Origin: Lachnospiraceae bacterium
Lineage (GTDB): Bacteria > Bacillota > Clostridia > Lachnospirales > Lachnospiraceae
Direction of reading: 5' to 3'
Assembly: GCA_047242405.1 (NCBI GenBank)
Contig: JBKTKK010000001.1
Location: 1 to 47,246 of the forward strand
Length of the DNA stretch: 47,246 nt
The translations under genes were made by a program, and so were the position numbers. Under the pieces are notes generated by a model. It had not been told where the DNA came from, searched no databases, and saw nothing but the letters and a program-made list of their open reading frames with translations. Every line of letters starts with the position of its first letter. The first letter of the stretch is position 1. Below are positions 19,132 to 30,534 of the stretch, one piece after another.

Positions 19132-20103
19132 TTAAATCAACTTATATCCACAATTTCCGCAAAATTTTGTACCATTGGTTTTCGTACCACAATTTGGGCA
19201 AAAGTTCGGTATCGTTCCTTCTGTCGTTGGATTTTGCCTACTTAATTGCTCTGATGTCTTGTTTTCCTTCATCTGCTCAACCATTTGTTGCCCCATCATC
19301 ATTCCTACCTGAATGGATGCCATGTCGGCCGCTGTACCTGAACCTCGGCCACCATTTCCAATGGAATCTGCCATGGCTACTTGGGTGTACTTATTCATAT
19401 CTCCAACCATTGCTTGCGAAGCTGCCTTTGCTTGCATTTTCGCAACCTCTTCTGGATATGAAACACTTTGAATTTGAAAACCAGTAATTGTTATACCAAT
19501 CTTTATCATTTCCATATCCAAATCTTGCGCAATGCCTTTTCCTATATCAAAAGCATTTGCCTGTAAATTAAACATATCCTTACCTTCCCGTACAATCCAC
19601 TTCATTAAAAGTTGATCCACCATGGCAAGGACGCGGTCTTTCACGTCATCAATGGTAAATATTTTCTTTACCCCAGCTATTTTATCAATTAGCACGAAAT
19701 AATCATCGATTTTACAAGTAAACGTGCCAAATGCACGAATTGGCATGCCTCCTGGCAAACCAGGTGCAGGTATACTAATGGCATTCTTAGTGCCCCATCG
19801 TATCGTGAATTCTTTTGTATTGACAAATAACACTTCGGCTCGAATACCACTATTAAAACCAAATTTAAACCCCTTTAATGTAGAGAGGAAAGGGATAATT
19901 TGCGATTCTATATCAAAACTACCTTCATCTGTAAAAATTCCCTCTACTTTTCCATTGTACATAAAGATAGCATCCTGTCCCTGACGTATAATGAGCTTAC
20001 TACCCTTTTTTATTTCATCGTTGTTCCATTTCCAAAATAACACATCATCGCGATACTCCTGCCACTCAACGACATTTGCAAATTGGCCTCCAAAAAGTCC
20101 CAT
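19132..20103 (-). CDS. SPFH-domain protein (YdjI-like) with C-terminal zinc ribbon
   Basis: NVVEWQEYR..GSKLIIRQGQDAIF; CPNCG..CGNCG; downstream of pspA. Confidence 0.8.
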   Translation of the reverse strand: MGLFGGQFANVVEWQEYRDDVLFWKWNNDEIKKGSKLIIRQGQDAIFMYNGKVEGIFTDEGSFDIESQIIPFLSTLKGFKFGFNSGIRAEVLFVNTKEFTIRWGTKNAISIPAPGLPGGMPIRAFGTFTCKIDDYFVLIDKIAGVKKIFTIDDVKDRVLAMVDQLLMKWIVREGKDMFNLQANAFDIGKGIAQDLDMEMIKIGITITGFQIQSVSYPEEVAKMQAKAASQAMVGDMNKYTQVAMADSIGNGGRGSGTAADMASIQVGMMMGQQMVEQMKENKTSEQLSRQNPTTEGTIPNFCPNCGTKTNGTKFCGNCGYKLI

Positions 20104-20214
20104 TTCAACCCTCCATCGTAATAATTAAAATCAATATACCAAAGGGGACAGGCAAAGGAATTCCCATACCAGTCCCCTATTTTTAAATTTATCTTTTATT
20201 GCATTTCTATCTTT

Positions 20215-20896
20215 CTATAATCCCATTTTTGCTTTTAGTGCGGCTAATTCATCTTCAACTGCTTCCTTAGGCGTCCCATCATATTTTGCCATCAAGTCCT
20301 CTACGCCATCCTCCTCTGCCTTTGAAGCATTTAATTCCGCCATAGCATTTGCTGTATCTAACATTTTGTTTGCTTTATCTTCCATACGGTCAAACGCAGA
20401 AAGATTATCGGCAGCTCCACTAATACTTGAACCTATTTTATGTCCACGCTCTTGGGTCTTAGCAACCGCAACCTTTGCTTTAATTGCATCTCTTCTAGAA
20501 TTTAAAGTAGCAATATCCTGCACCAATTTATCATGCATTTGACGCATTTTTGCTGCATTATCTGCTGCTAATCGGTATGTCTGTTCCAAAGCGGTCTGTT
20601 TTTCTACTAATGCACTTTTTTCGTCAAAAATTGTTTTGCATCTGCATCGTACCAGCCATCACTGCCTTTTCTGCGTATATCTGCATTTTTGATACTTCTG
20701 CAATGCATTCATCCAACTCTCTTTTTGCACGGTTTTCTTCTGCCATTATTGAGGCTGTTTCTGCTTTTACTTTCCCCAAATCACTTTCTAAATTTCTCAA
20801 ATACTGATCAATCATTTTTGCAGGATCTTCTGCCTTATCCATCAACGCATTAATATTAGCAGACATAATGTCTTTAAATCTTTGAATAACACCCAT
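20215..20896 (-). CDS. pspA: PspA/IM30 family protein, frameshift near 20640
   Basis: RFKDIMSANINALMDKAEDPAKMIDQYLR; AFDRMEDK; DELAALKAKMG; split into two ORFs. Confidence 0.9.
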
Positions 20897-21114
20897 TTGA
20901 AATCCTCCTTCATTTGCGGACGTTGTTACCCGAACTGCTTATATTATATTATATTTCCTTGCCTTTGTCATTAGATTTTTCGTAGTTTAAGAAAAGCGTA
21001 ATTTCCATGAAAATTTTATAAAATTGGAATTGTTTTTATTTACCTCTTGTCATATAGTAATGAAAACTATATAATAGAATAGTATTATTATCTTAATACG
21101 AATGAGGTGAATAA

Positions 21115-21718
21115 ATGACCAATCAAGAAATGTATGATGTACTTATGGAAAAATTATCGAACTTAAACATATAAAACCGATGAAATTCCCAATATTGATT
21201 TATATATGGACCAAGTCACGACGTTTATGGACGAACATCTACAAAATGTGAAACGATATGACGAAGATAAAATTTTAACAAAAACAATGATTAATAACTA
21301 TGCCAAAAATAATCTTCTACCACCGCCGATTAAAAAGAAATATACAAAAGATCATATGCTTTTGCTCATATTTATTTACTATTTTAAGAATTTCTTATCC
21401 ATAAATGATATTAAGACGATCTTATCTCCGCTGACCAATAAATATTTTTCCTCAGAATCATCCCCAAATTTAGAAGATATCTACTCAGAAGTGTTTTCCT
21501 TTGAAAAAAATGGAATGGAAAAATTAAAGAAAGATATTGAACGCAAATTTATAGATTCAACCCAATCCTTTGCCCAAACTCCTGAGGATGAGAAGGACTA
21601 TCTTCAACTATTTTCTTTTATCTGTATGCTTGGATTCGATATTTATTTGAAAAAGCAAATGTTAGAATCGATTATTGATGAATTAAAAACGAACGGAGAA
21701 CCAAAATCTAAGAAATAA
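21115..21718 (+). CDS. DUF1836-domain protein, 5' frameshift(s)
   Basis: IPNIDLYMDQV..LTKTMINNYAKN..PPPIKKKY; SD GAGGTGA and ATG at 21115. Confidence 0.8.
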
Positions 21719-21723
21719 CAGAA

Positions 21724-21758
21724 AACAGCGGTCAATCGAAACGATTAAGACCGCTGTC
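21724..21758. terminator. Hairpin between convergent genes
   Basis: ACAGCGGTC..GACCGCTGT. Confidence 0.65.
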
Positions 21759-21769
21759 ATTATTTACAA

Positions 21770-22072
21770 TTACTCTTCCGCCTCTTCTTCTTTTCGTCTC
21801 TCAAATGTCATATCATAACCATCGTTACCAAAATTTAAGCTGCGATTCACACGGCTAATGGTTGCGGTTGAAGCTCCTGTTTTTTCCGCAATTTCCAAAT
21901 AAGTATTCCCTGCTCGTAGCATCATAGCTACTTCGTATCGCTGGGATAAAGAAAGTAGTTCATTGACCGTGCAAACATCTTCAAAAAATGCATAACATTC
22001 TTCTACATCTTTCAGTGTTAAAATTGCACGAAACAGTGAATCCACTGCCGGTGTTTTGATTTTCTTGTTCAT
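21770..22072 (-). CDS. YerC/YecD TrpR-related protein
   Basis: FFEDVCTVNEL..QR..TGASTATISRVNRSL. Confidence 0.9.
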   Translation of the reverse strand: MNKKIKTPAVDSLFRAILTLKDVEECYAFFEDVCTVNELLSLSQRYEVAMMLRAGNTYLEIAEKTGASTATISRVNRSLNFGNDGYDMTFERRKEEEAEE

Positions 22073-22147
22073 TACATTGACCTCTTTTCAAGTTAAGTAA
22101 TCTCCCCCACACTGCAATATTTTAACACAGTAGCTTTTAAAAATCCA

Positions 22148-22882
22148 CTATTTTTCCTTATACTTTTGAATATATTTCTTGAATTGTTCTACGGATTGGT
22201 TTACAATCAGGTTTTCAGGAAACTTCAATTCTTTTAATAAACTTTCAACAAATGGGAAATTACCGATTGCATCCATAAAGTGAGCATCACTATCAATTAC
22301 AATGGGCTGCTCATATTTAATACAATACGAAAGCATTTCTTTATAATTTTCGTTTGCATTTAAACGGAATCCATTGGGATTGAGAGAACTATTATTTACT
22401 TCTAATAGCTTTCCATTTTCCTTTGCTGCTTTTACAATGGGTTCATACTCTAATGGAAAACGCCCATCATCTGGATGACCAATAATATCTATATAAGGAT
22501 TTTCAATTGCACCTATCACCCCTGCTGTATTCTCTGCTCTTCCTCCTGGTTTTAAGCATGGTAAATGCATACTTGCTATTGTCACATCCAGCTTCTTTAT
22601 GGTAGAAACGGGTAAATCCACTGTTCCCTTGTAATCAATAATATTTAATTCGGCACCAAGAATAAGTTCAATACCGTATTTCTCCATAATGACCTCACGG
22701 TTGACGGCTTTTAAGTTTTGAAAATAAAATTCGTGGCATGTACCTGGCATTTTTGGTGCATGTTCCGTAATGCCTAAAATTTTCAGTCCTCTCTTTGATG
22801 CTGCATCTACCATTTCTAACATACTATTATATGCATGACCACTTGCTATCGTATGGGTGTGTGTATCTAGTAATATATTCAT
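22148..22882 (-). CDS. PHP-domain phosphatase (YcdX-like)
   Basis: DTHTHTIASGHAY, ITEH, GHPDD, SDAH. Confidence 0.9.
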   Translation of the reverse strand: MNILLDTHTHTIASGHAYNSMLEMVDAASKRGLKILGITEHAPKMPGTCHEFYFQNLKAVNREVIMEKYGIELILGAELNIIDYKGTVDLPVSTIKKLDVTIASMHLPCLKPGGRAENTAGVIGAIENPYIDIIGHPDDGRFPLEYEPIVKAAKENGKLLEVNNSSLNPNGFRLNANENYKEMLSYCIKYEQPIVIDSDAHFMDAIGNFPFVESLLKELKFPENLIVNQSVEQFKKYIQKYKEK

Positions 22883-23039
22883 AATTTACTCCTGTATTCT
22901 ATCGACGTGAAAACATTGTGCTACAAACTCTAGTATACCATATAATGTCAATGAAAATGAGCAAGAAAAATATAACTATGCATGCACATATTGAATTGTC
23001 AACCCGTATTATGTAGTAATCGATCAGTCGGAGGAGTAT

Positions 23040-24056
23040 ATGAAAAAGAATTTTAAGAAGATAATTATGGTGGTATTCGTCATTGCCATAACAATAATAC
23101 CGCTTTCCGCATGTAAAAAAGGTAACAACAACGGAAAAGAATTAACAAAATTAAATTTAAACGAAGTAGCCCACTCGATTTTTTATGCACCGCAATATGT
23201 CGCTATTGAGAAAGGGTATTTTAAAGATGAGGGCATTGATCTCACCCTTACAACTGGCTTTGGCGCCGATAAAGTTATGACTGCATTAATTAGCGGTGAT
23301 GCAGACATTGGCTTTATGGGAAGCGAATCATCCATTTATATTTATGCGGAAGGATCGGAAGATTACGCGGTAAACTTTGCTCAACTTACGCAACGAGCTG
23401 GTAATTTCTTAGTTAGTCGCCAAGATGAACCGAATTTTAAATGGACCGATTTAAAAGGAAAGACGGTTATCGGTGGTCGTGCAGGTGGTATGCCTGAAAT
23501 GGTATTTGAGTATATTCTCAAAAAGAATGGCCTTGATCCAACAAAGGACCTTACTATCATACAAAATATTGACTTTGGCGCCACTGCAGCAGCTTTTTCC
23601 GGTGGGCAAGGAGATTATTCTGTAGAATTCGAACCATCTGCCACCACTCTGGAATTAGAAAATGCCGGACGCGTCGTTGCATCTTTAGGGGTAGACTCTG
23701 GCTATGTACCATATACTGCATACTGCGTAAAGCAGAGTTATTTAAAAGATAACCAAGAAGTAATTCAAGGTTTTACAAATGCTCTTCAAAAAGGTATGGA
23801 TTTTGTAAATTCCCATACAGCAGAAGAAATTGCAAAGGTGATTGCACCCCAGTTTAAAGAAACAGATGAAAAAACAATTGCAATTATTGTAGCTCGTTAT
23901 AAAGATCAAAATACTTGGAAAGAAGATTTAATCTTTAATGAGGACAGTTTTGACTTACTCCAAAACATTCTTCAAGAAGCAGGCCAATTGGATCAGAAAG
24001 TGCCTTACACGGATTTAGTTACAACAGACTTTGCCAAAAAGGCAACTGAAAAATAA
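23040..24056 (+). CDS. ABC substrate-binding lipoprotein, NMT1/SsuA-like
   Basis: Lipobox LSAC; EVAHSIFYAPQYVAIEKGYF; GGRAGGMP. Confidence 0.85.
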   Translation: MKKNFKKIIMVVFVIAITIIPLSACKKGNNNGKELTKLNLNEVAHSIFYAPQYVAIEKGYFKDEGIDLTLTTGFGADKVMTALISGDADIGFMGSESSIYIYAEGSEDYAVNFAQLTQRAGNFLVSRQDEPNFKWTDLKGKTVIGGRAGGMPEMVFEYILKKNGLDPTKDLTIIQNIDFGATAAAFSGGQGDYSVEFEPSATTLELENAGRVVASLGVDSGYVPYTAYCVKQSYLKDNQEVIQGFTNALQKGMDFVNSHTAEEIAKVIAPQFKETDEKTIAIIVARYKDQNTWKEDLIFNEDSFDLLQNILQEAGQLDQKVPYTDLVTTDFAKKATEK

Positions 24057-24057
24057 G

Positions 24058-24096
24058 CAAAAAGGGCTTTCGCAAAAACTACGAAAGCCCCTTTTT
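24058..24096. terminator. Bidirectional terminator
   Basis: AAAAAGGGCTTTCG..CGAAAGCCCCTTTTT. Confidence 0.8.
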
Positions 24097-24428
24097 CATT
24101 CCCATAACTTCCACACTTCGGGTCGATACCCAGTGGTGGCCTTCTTTCCATTGCGGACAATCGGCGTCCGAAAAAGTTTTGGATTTTCCATTAATTTTTC
24201 AAACCAATCCTCTTTGACTAGATATTGAATCATGCAATAATCTCTTGCTTTTTCGTCCACTACATTTTCAATTCCCCCTAGCGCTGCTATAACACTTGTT
24301 AGCTCTCCTTTGCTAAGACCTTTCGCCAAAATATCTACCGATTTATACTTAATTCCACGTTCTTTAAAATAACGTTCTGCTTTTTTTGTTTCAAAACATT
24401 TTAATTTTCCAAATATTTGTACATTCAT
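24096..24428 (-). CDS. ArsC/Spx-like protein
   Basis: MNVQIFG..CFETKKAERYFKERGI; TPIVRNGK. Confidence 0.85.
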   Translation of the reverse strand: MNVQIFGKLKCFETKKAERYFKERGIKYKSVDILAKGLSKGELTSVIAALGGIENVVDEKARDYCMIQYLVKEDWFEKLMENPKLFRTPIVRNGKKATTGYRPEVWKLWE

Positions 24429-24480
24429 TTAAATTTTACCTCACTTTAAAATGCCAACTTATACTGACGGATCAAATCTG

Positions 24481-25393
24481 TCAGTCCTTATGATCATCGG
24501 CTCTATTTAAACTTTTATGTCGACTCTTCTTTACTACTTTGCGGATAATAACAAAGCTAAGCCCTATTAGGATACCCCAAATAATAAAATATGGCAGGGA
24601 ACTCACTAACCAAATGCTTATCGCTTTTATGTCATCCCCAATTTGACCTAAATTCCGAATGAGCTTTACTTTAATCTCACCCCAAAACGAAGTTTCTATC
24701 TTTGTTATTCTTTCTACTTCCTCAATTAATAAAGTAATGGTACTGTAATCTATTAAATTGTCATAGGTACGTAATTGGAACTCATAATTCTCTAACTCAT
24801 AGCGGACATCCGTGAGCCGTGATTGTATTTTAATGATATCATCAAGAGCCTCTGCTTTTTCCATTAGAGCCAACAGGCTGTCTTGCTCAATTTTTAAGGC
24901 CTTTATATGACTTTCGGTATCTACATAGTCTAACGTAACATCCTTAATCGTTTCACTTTTATTCGTTACGTTAGCAATTTCTGTCACCTGACTTAAAAAT
25001 GCATCGACTCCTTCTGATGGGATACGTATAATGAGTGTTCCAAAGCGGTTGCCCGTGTAATTATAACTATTTCCTGAAATGTCAGAGTTTTCAACGTAAC
25101 CACCTAATTGATTCACTTGCTCATCCATACGACTCAATAATAGGTCGAAATCTTTTGTTTCTAAGTTAAGGTTTACATTGCGAATTAACTTTCTTACACC
25201 TATATCTAGAATTTGATTACCCGATGACTCCGTATCCTCTAGCATTTCGTTCTTAACGCCACCACTATCCGTATTATAACTGATTTCTTGTGTTGAACTA
25301 TCATTGCTTGACTTCGACTGCCCACATCCTGTAAAGACAACCATTATCAATAATACAGAAAAATCATTTTAAAATTTTATTTTTCTTTTTCAT
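24481..25393 (-). CDS. DUF4349-family lipoprotein, 5' frameshift
   Basis: ATG 25393 with GGAGG (MKKKK..); lipobox FTGC; RKLIRNVNL, GGYVENS, DVTLDYVD; C-terminal TM helix. Confidence 0.8.
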
Positions 25394-25409
25394 CCTCCAT
25401 ACCCCTTCC

Positions 25410-26087
25410 TTAATCTTTCAAACCTATATCCACTGGAACAATATATTCAACTTCATCCACCTCCCACAATAATTGATACGATTTATCTATGTCTAAGAAA
25501 TGCTCCAATGTTATAGGTACAGACAATTGTTCCGTTTGACTAGCCTCCACTATAGTTTTTTCAATAAAGCCATTTCCTATTTCTTGCCAACGCTGCCCAT
25601 CCCATTCTTGTAGCCGACATAATGACTCAATTGTCACATTCTCCTCATACACATTTGTATAGAGCATCGTTGCTACCACCTTTGTCGTGTTTAATTGATA
25701 GTTTAGTTCTGCATGGGGAAGCTGTTCCGCCCCTGCAATGGCTGTCTTATCCTGGCTAAGTTCTATTTCCGCTTCGTCCTTCTCTAAAAACATATCGTTT
25801 GCCTTGTTGCTTGAAACCGACTTGTTATCACTTTTTTTCACTCCTATAACGATTGGAATTGTTATCCCTATGAGTATGGCAAAACCAGCTGCCGTCAGAA
25901 GCACTTTTTTTATCACCTGTTTTAAATGCTTCTGATAAACTAAGCGTATCATACGATGTTCAAAGGATGGTGAAAATTGATGCATCTGTTCCATGTCTTT
26001 CTTATCTGGAATCTTTGACAATTCGCGTTCCATATAACAGTTAAAAGCATCTGTCAAAATAGATCTGTTATTCTTTTCCTCCATCAT
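25410..26087 (-). CDS. Putative membrane anti-sigma factor
   Basis: Overlaps the ECF sigma stop; HQFSPSFEHRM then one TM helix and an external domain. Confidence 0.65.
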   Translation of the reverse strand: MMEEKNNRSILTDAFNCYMERELSKIPDKKDMEQMHQFSPSFEHRMIRLVYQKHLKQVIKKVLLTAAGFAILIGITIPIVIGVKKSDNKSVSSNKANDMFLEKDEAEIELSQDKTAIAGAEQLPHAELNYQLNTTKVVATMLYTNVYEENVTIESLCRLQEWDGQRWQEIGNGFIEKTIVEASQTEQLSVPITLEHFLDIDKSYQLLWEVDEVEYIVPVDIGLKD

Positions 26088-26625
26088 TTTCCTCCTTAAT
26101 CATTTGCTGTAATTTCTTTCGCGCTCGAAAAATTCGTACATTTACCGTTTTTTGCGTAATGTTTAGCAGGTCTGCAATTTCAATCTCTTTTAATTGATGT
26201 ACATATTTATATTCAAATACAACGCGATAAATTTCATCAAGATTCGATATACACCGTAATAATTCTTCATAACCAGTCTGTGAAAGATACTCATCTAAAA
26301 TATCTCTAACCTCTCCCTGAATGTCCTCATCTTGTTCCTCAAAGCTGTAGGCTGGATGTTTGTTTTTTTTGCGTAAAATATCAATGGCTTTACTTTTTGT
26401 AACTGTCATTAGAAACTTTTTTGTCGATGGACTTTCTAATGACTGAATTTTATCCATATGCCTTGTTAATGCAATGAATGCATCCTGTACCGCATCCTCT
26501 GCCAAATATCTATCATTTAATATGCCATTTGCAATATACCACATAAAAGACTTGTAATTTTGATAAAGTTGAATAAACTTTACCCTATCTTCCTTCGTAT
26601 CTATCATGTACAGAAAAATATACAT
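26068..26625 (-). CDS. ECF sigma-70 factor
   Basis: AEDAVQDAF (region 2); EIADLLNI..TVNVRIFRARKKL (region 4). Confidence 0.92.
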   Translation of the reverse strand: MYIFLYMIDTKEDRVKFIQLYQNYKSFMWYIANGILNDRYLAEDAVQDAFIALTRHMDKIQSLESPSTKKFLMTVTKSKAIDILRKKNKHPAYSFEEQDEDIQGEVRDILDEYLSQTGYEELLRCISNLDEIYRVVFEYKYVHQLKEIEIADLLNITQKTVNVRIFRARKKLQQMIKEENDGGKE

Positions 26626-26666
26626 ATACGCCCCCCATAAGTACTAATTAAATCACCTCTATTAAG

Positions 26667-26695
26667 TTAACGATTGTTTTTCGTAATTTACTACA
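26667..26695 (-). promoter_or_regulatory. Possible ECF-type autoregulatory promoter
   Basis: Minus strand TGTAGT-N17-CGTTAA upstream of the sigma gene, resembling TGTAAC/CGT ECF promoters. Confidence 0.4.
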
Positions 26696-26802
26696 CGTTT
26701 TAATATAATTATTGCGCAGGGTTGAATGCAAAACTAACTTATGCCTATAATCTAGAAAACAGGAACTGGTTATACCAATTCCTGTCCTGTCTATCCTATT
26801 TC

Positions 26803-27597
26803 TTATTTATATGCTTTAAGCCATTGATAGCGACACCATACATTAATCTTATCATTTAAAAAGAGGCTTTGTACAATATTGTAAGTTAGATCAAACATCT
26901 TCTTTCCCTCTAAAACATTCAAATTCGAACGTTTATACATAAAATAAGAAGCTCCACATATTAAACCGGTCGCATACTCTTTCCACGAGGAATATAAGGA
27001 TAGTACCCGTTCCATCATGCCTCCAACCAAATCATGAAAATCTTCTTCCTCTACAATACCACAAGCATAGGCTAGCTTTAATACGCCAATTTTTTCACTG
27101 CAGTCCCATGCGTAGAATCCCCCAGTCCCAACATAATCCTTGAATATTGCAGCATATTCCATACACCCCTCGAACAATCTTCTAGCTTCGGGCTTTAAAC
27201 CGTCAAGATTATACTTTGCTTTTCCCCCCCAAAATTTTAAAAATTGTTCATAATTATCACCACAGTCAAACTGTGCATTGCAGTGTTCGATTAATGTTTG
27301 GTAATCATAAATTCCAAATAATTTATTTAAATAAGCTAAAACTTCTTTCTTTTCTTCCTCGTTCTTACAAAGATATAACTCATCTATTGCAATGAGGCGA
27401 TTGATGCCAGGTATCTTACGCATAGACGATACTGCCCCCAGTAGGAAACCAAATTTCTTTTTCCCACAAGTATCTTTACCTGATATCCCCCGTTTGGAAA
27501 GCTCATCCATTCCTGCCCACATTTTATTCAGCTTTTCATATTCCTCTTCTTTTGGAAATGCAGATAAGCCGTATTGATCTTCCATATCATTTGCCAT
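26803..27597 (-). CDS. DUF1266-like protein
   Basis: AWDCS..LAYACG..YSSWKEYA..G pattern. Confidence 0.6.
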   Translation of the reverse strand: MANDMEDQYGLSAFPKEEEYEKLNKMWAGMDELSKRGISGKDTCGKKKFGFLLGAVSSMRKIPGINRLIAIDELYLCKNEEEKKEVLAYLNKLFGIYDYQTLIEHCNAQFDCGDNYEQFLKFWGGKAKYNLDGLKPEARRLFEGCMEYAAIFKDYVGTGGFYAWDCSEKIGVLKLAYACGIVEEEDFHDLVGGMMERVLSLYSSWKEYATGLICGASYFMYKRSNLNVLEGKKMFDLTYNIVQSLFLNDKINVWCRYQWLKAYK

Positions 27598-27904
27598 CTT
27601 ATACTTCTCCTCTCAGTATCCTTTACTCACTCCCATCCCCTAATTGTCTCGTCTAATTGTGAAAACGGGATTTCTCTTATCTATTATAACATAAAACAGT
27701 TCAATTACGAATGAAAACTTATTTAAAATTTTGTAATCACTCATCCAATCACAAGAAATATTGTACATTTTTTTACTATAATTGATAATTATTTTGGATT
27801 ATTGCTATTTTTCTACATTGATTTAATATTTCATCAACTTATAATTGACTGAATATCCATATAGTCATATACTGATGGTAGAAAATAACAGGGAGGAAAT
27901 ATTT

Positions 27905-28437
27905 ATGAACACAAAAAACGATTTTTTTGACTGGACCTCTCTGCAAAATTGCAACGATTTCGATATGGTTATCCATTCTGTTTTTTCATCGGGATTTTGC
28001 ATGGACGTAGAAACAGGAATAATGTGTTTTACTAGAAAGGCTGCTTTCGCTATCGCTCCTTTTAACCATGAACCGTTTAAAAATATCTCTGCAAAAGATT
28101 TCACCTATTATCTAACGGTACAAACAGGGGAGGCCTTTTTTAAAAGAAGTCGATCTAATAAAGCGTGAAATAAAACGCACTTCAATCGTGCATATAGCAT
28201 CTATTTCGGATGAGAAACCAATTCATTCCATCATCTGGATGATGAAAATGCCTAATAGCGGGCATATCATTGGTATATTACACGGTAATGCATGTGTTAT
28301 GGATGATTATAATGCTAAATTAGAATTGATGAATGATGAGCTGAACAAGGCACAAATCATTAATAATTTAATTGTAGAAGGGGCTTCCGATTATGTGTAT
28401 CAATTAGATGTTGTTAACGATACTTGTACCTTTTCTC
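27905..28437 (+). pseudogene. Broken N-terminus of a PAS-type signalling protein
   Basis: SD GGGAGG + MNTKNDFF; frameshifted; coiled coil then EGASDYVYQLDVVNDTCTFS, cut off where the opposing DUF362 fragment ends. Confidence 0.45.
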
Positions 28438-29051
28438 TTATTTGGGTCAATTCCCATAATCTTGGTTCCTTCCCGGTCAACTGCAACTGCATTATCCCCT
28501 GAAAGGATGACTCCCACATCCACTGGATCTACCGGTGCAGGTGTATTCCCTTCTCCACCAATAATTCCATCAATAATCACTAAATTAGGTTGAAATAAAT
28601 ACAACAAATCTGCTAACTTTTTATTTATGTAATAATTGTGATTTCTTTCTCTTAAAAAATATGGAATTGTTCCCATGGCATTTTTAAAACCTAGCGTCAC
28701 ACCGGTATATACGTTTGTCTTTAACTTTGGGACAGCGATATAGTAAGATTCACCACGTACTACTTCATCTAATATTTCAGGAATATAAACTTCCTTCATA
28801 ACTTCTGCCTTTGGAACCATATATCGGACGACACTGCATGTTTATAATTTTTCTGTAAACTGCAGTCTTTTATCTAATTCATCAAGATTCTCATATACAG
28901 CTTTATAAATTGCCTTTACATCCTCTCTAGCAAAGTATTCTTCTGTTCCATAATTTTGGGGTAACGCAACATAATCATTACGAAAGTTCATTTTTTCTGC
29001 TTCCGTTATTACCACATAATTTTTTATGCCGATACTTCCTTTATCTGTCAT
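28435..29051 (-). pseudogene. DUF362-family pseudogene
   Basis: VPKLKTN..GVTLGFKNAMG, IDGIIGGEGNTP, AVAVD; split at about 28840 and C-terminally truncated. Confidence 0.7.
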
Positions 29052-29233
29052 AGATTGTCCAATACAACGCTATTCTACACAGAAAGCATTGAAAAGTCTT
29101 GTGGATTTTTCCAGCGTTCCCACGAGCAATACCGCATACACAAAAAGACACGATTCTATCATAATAAGAAGATCACTTTAGTATTTTCTGATCAAAGTAA
29201 TCTTCTTTCCTAGCGACACGGACAAAAGTCTGT

Positions 29234-30517
29234 TTAAATACTATTTTTAATTCTTCTTACAATATCATTTGCATTCTTATAAATCGTATCTGGCTGAAAA
29301 CCAATAAAAAATCTACCGTCCTCATAAAGAATTTTTCCATTTACCATCGTCAATTTAATATTATGTTTGCTACCGCTGTATACAATATTTTTCGGAATAT
29401 TGTTTAATGGCTGCATATTCGGTTGATTTAAATCAAGCATAATTAGGTCCGCGTTCTTTCCTTTTGCTAGGACATCACAATCCGCTAACCCCATTGCAAT
29501 TGCTCCACCTACCGTTGCCATTCTTAATACTTGATGCGCATCAACAGCCGATGCATCCTCTTGACATAATTTTGCTAGTCCCGTTGTCAGGAACATTTCC
29601 CGAAACATATCCAAACAGTTGTTACTTGCCGGCCCATCTGTGCCAATTGCAACATTAATGCCCAAATCTAGCATCTTTTGAACTGGAGCAATTCCGCTTG
29701 CAAGCTTAACATTGGAACCTGGATTTGTTACAACGGTTAGTTTGTTCATTTTAAAAATATTAAGGTCTTCCTCGGACATATGAACGCAATGATATCCTCC
29801 ACCGCCATAGGCATAAATTCCTACATCCTCAAATAATCTTGTTGGCGTTACACCGTATTTTTCCAAGCATTGTCTAACTTCTGCCTTTGTTTCTGAATTG
29901 TGTGTAAATACAGGTGCTTCATATTTCCTTGCTAATTTTGCCACCCCTTCTAATAAATTTCTTGATGTCGTATATTCTGCATGAAATCCAAGGCAAAAAC
30001 GGATCAACTCATTGTTACTGTTAAATTTCTCATAATATTCTTCCAATTTATCAATGGATTGGGTAAAATCATTCAGTCCACTTGTTAGTACTGTTCGAAA
30101 TCCACAGTCAATGGATGCCTGCGCGATCGTATCAGGTGTTAAATACATATCAAAATTCGCTGTAATTCCACTTGTCAAATACTCCATTATGGCCAATATT
30201 GATAAATAATAAATATCCTCTGGCGTTAATTTCGCCTCCATTGGAAACACTTGCTTTTGCAACCAATCTAACAACGGTAAATCATCGGCATAGGAACGTA
30301 AAAATGTCATACCAGAATGGGTGTGGGCGTTTTTAAATCCGGGCATTAACAAATTACCATTTGCATTAATCTGTCGGTCCCACTTCCGTTTCTCTGCTTC
30401 TGTGTCATTTTCCTCCCCTACATAAGTAATTTTATTTTCTTCTACCCAAACCTCCCCGTCTATTAAATTGAAATCTTCCATTGTAAGAATCCTTGCATTA
30501 TAAAATCGTACTTGCAT
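29234..30517 (-). CDS. mtaD: Amidohydrolase, MTA/SAH deaminase-like
   Basis: PGFKNAHTH, HNSE, HCVH, NPGSNVKLASG, GTDGPASNN; operon with a nucleoside ABC transporter. Confidence 0.8.
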   Translation of the reverse strand: MQVRFYNARILTMEDFNLIDGEVWVEENKITYVGEENDTEAEKRKWDRQINANGNLLMPGFKNAHTHSGMTFLRSYADDLPLLDWLQKQVFPMEAKLTPEDIYYLSILAIMEYLTSGITANFDMYLTPDTIAQASIDCGFRTVLTSGLNDFTQSIDKLEEYYEKFNSNNELIRFCLGFHAEYTTSRNLLEGVAKLARKYEAPVFTHNSETKAEVRQCLEKYGVTPTRLFEDVGIYAYGGGGYHCVHMSEEDLNIFKMNKLTVVTNPGSNVKLASGIAPVQKMLDLGINVAIGTDGPASNNCLDMFREMFLTTGLAKLCQEDASAVDAHQVLRMATVGGAIAMGLADCDVLAKGKNADLIMLDLNQPNMQPLNNIPKNIVYSGSKHNIKLTMVNGKILYEDGRFFIGFQPDTIYKNANDIVRRIKNSI

Positions 30518-30534
30518 AACCCCTCCTATTTCAA

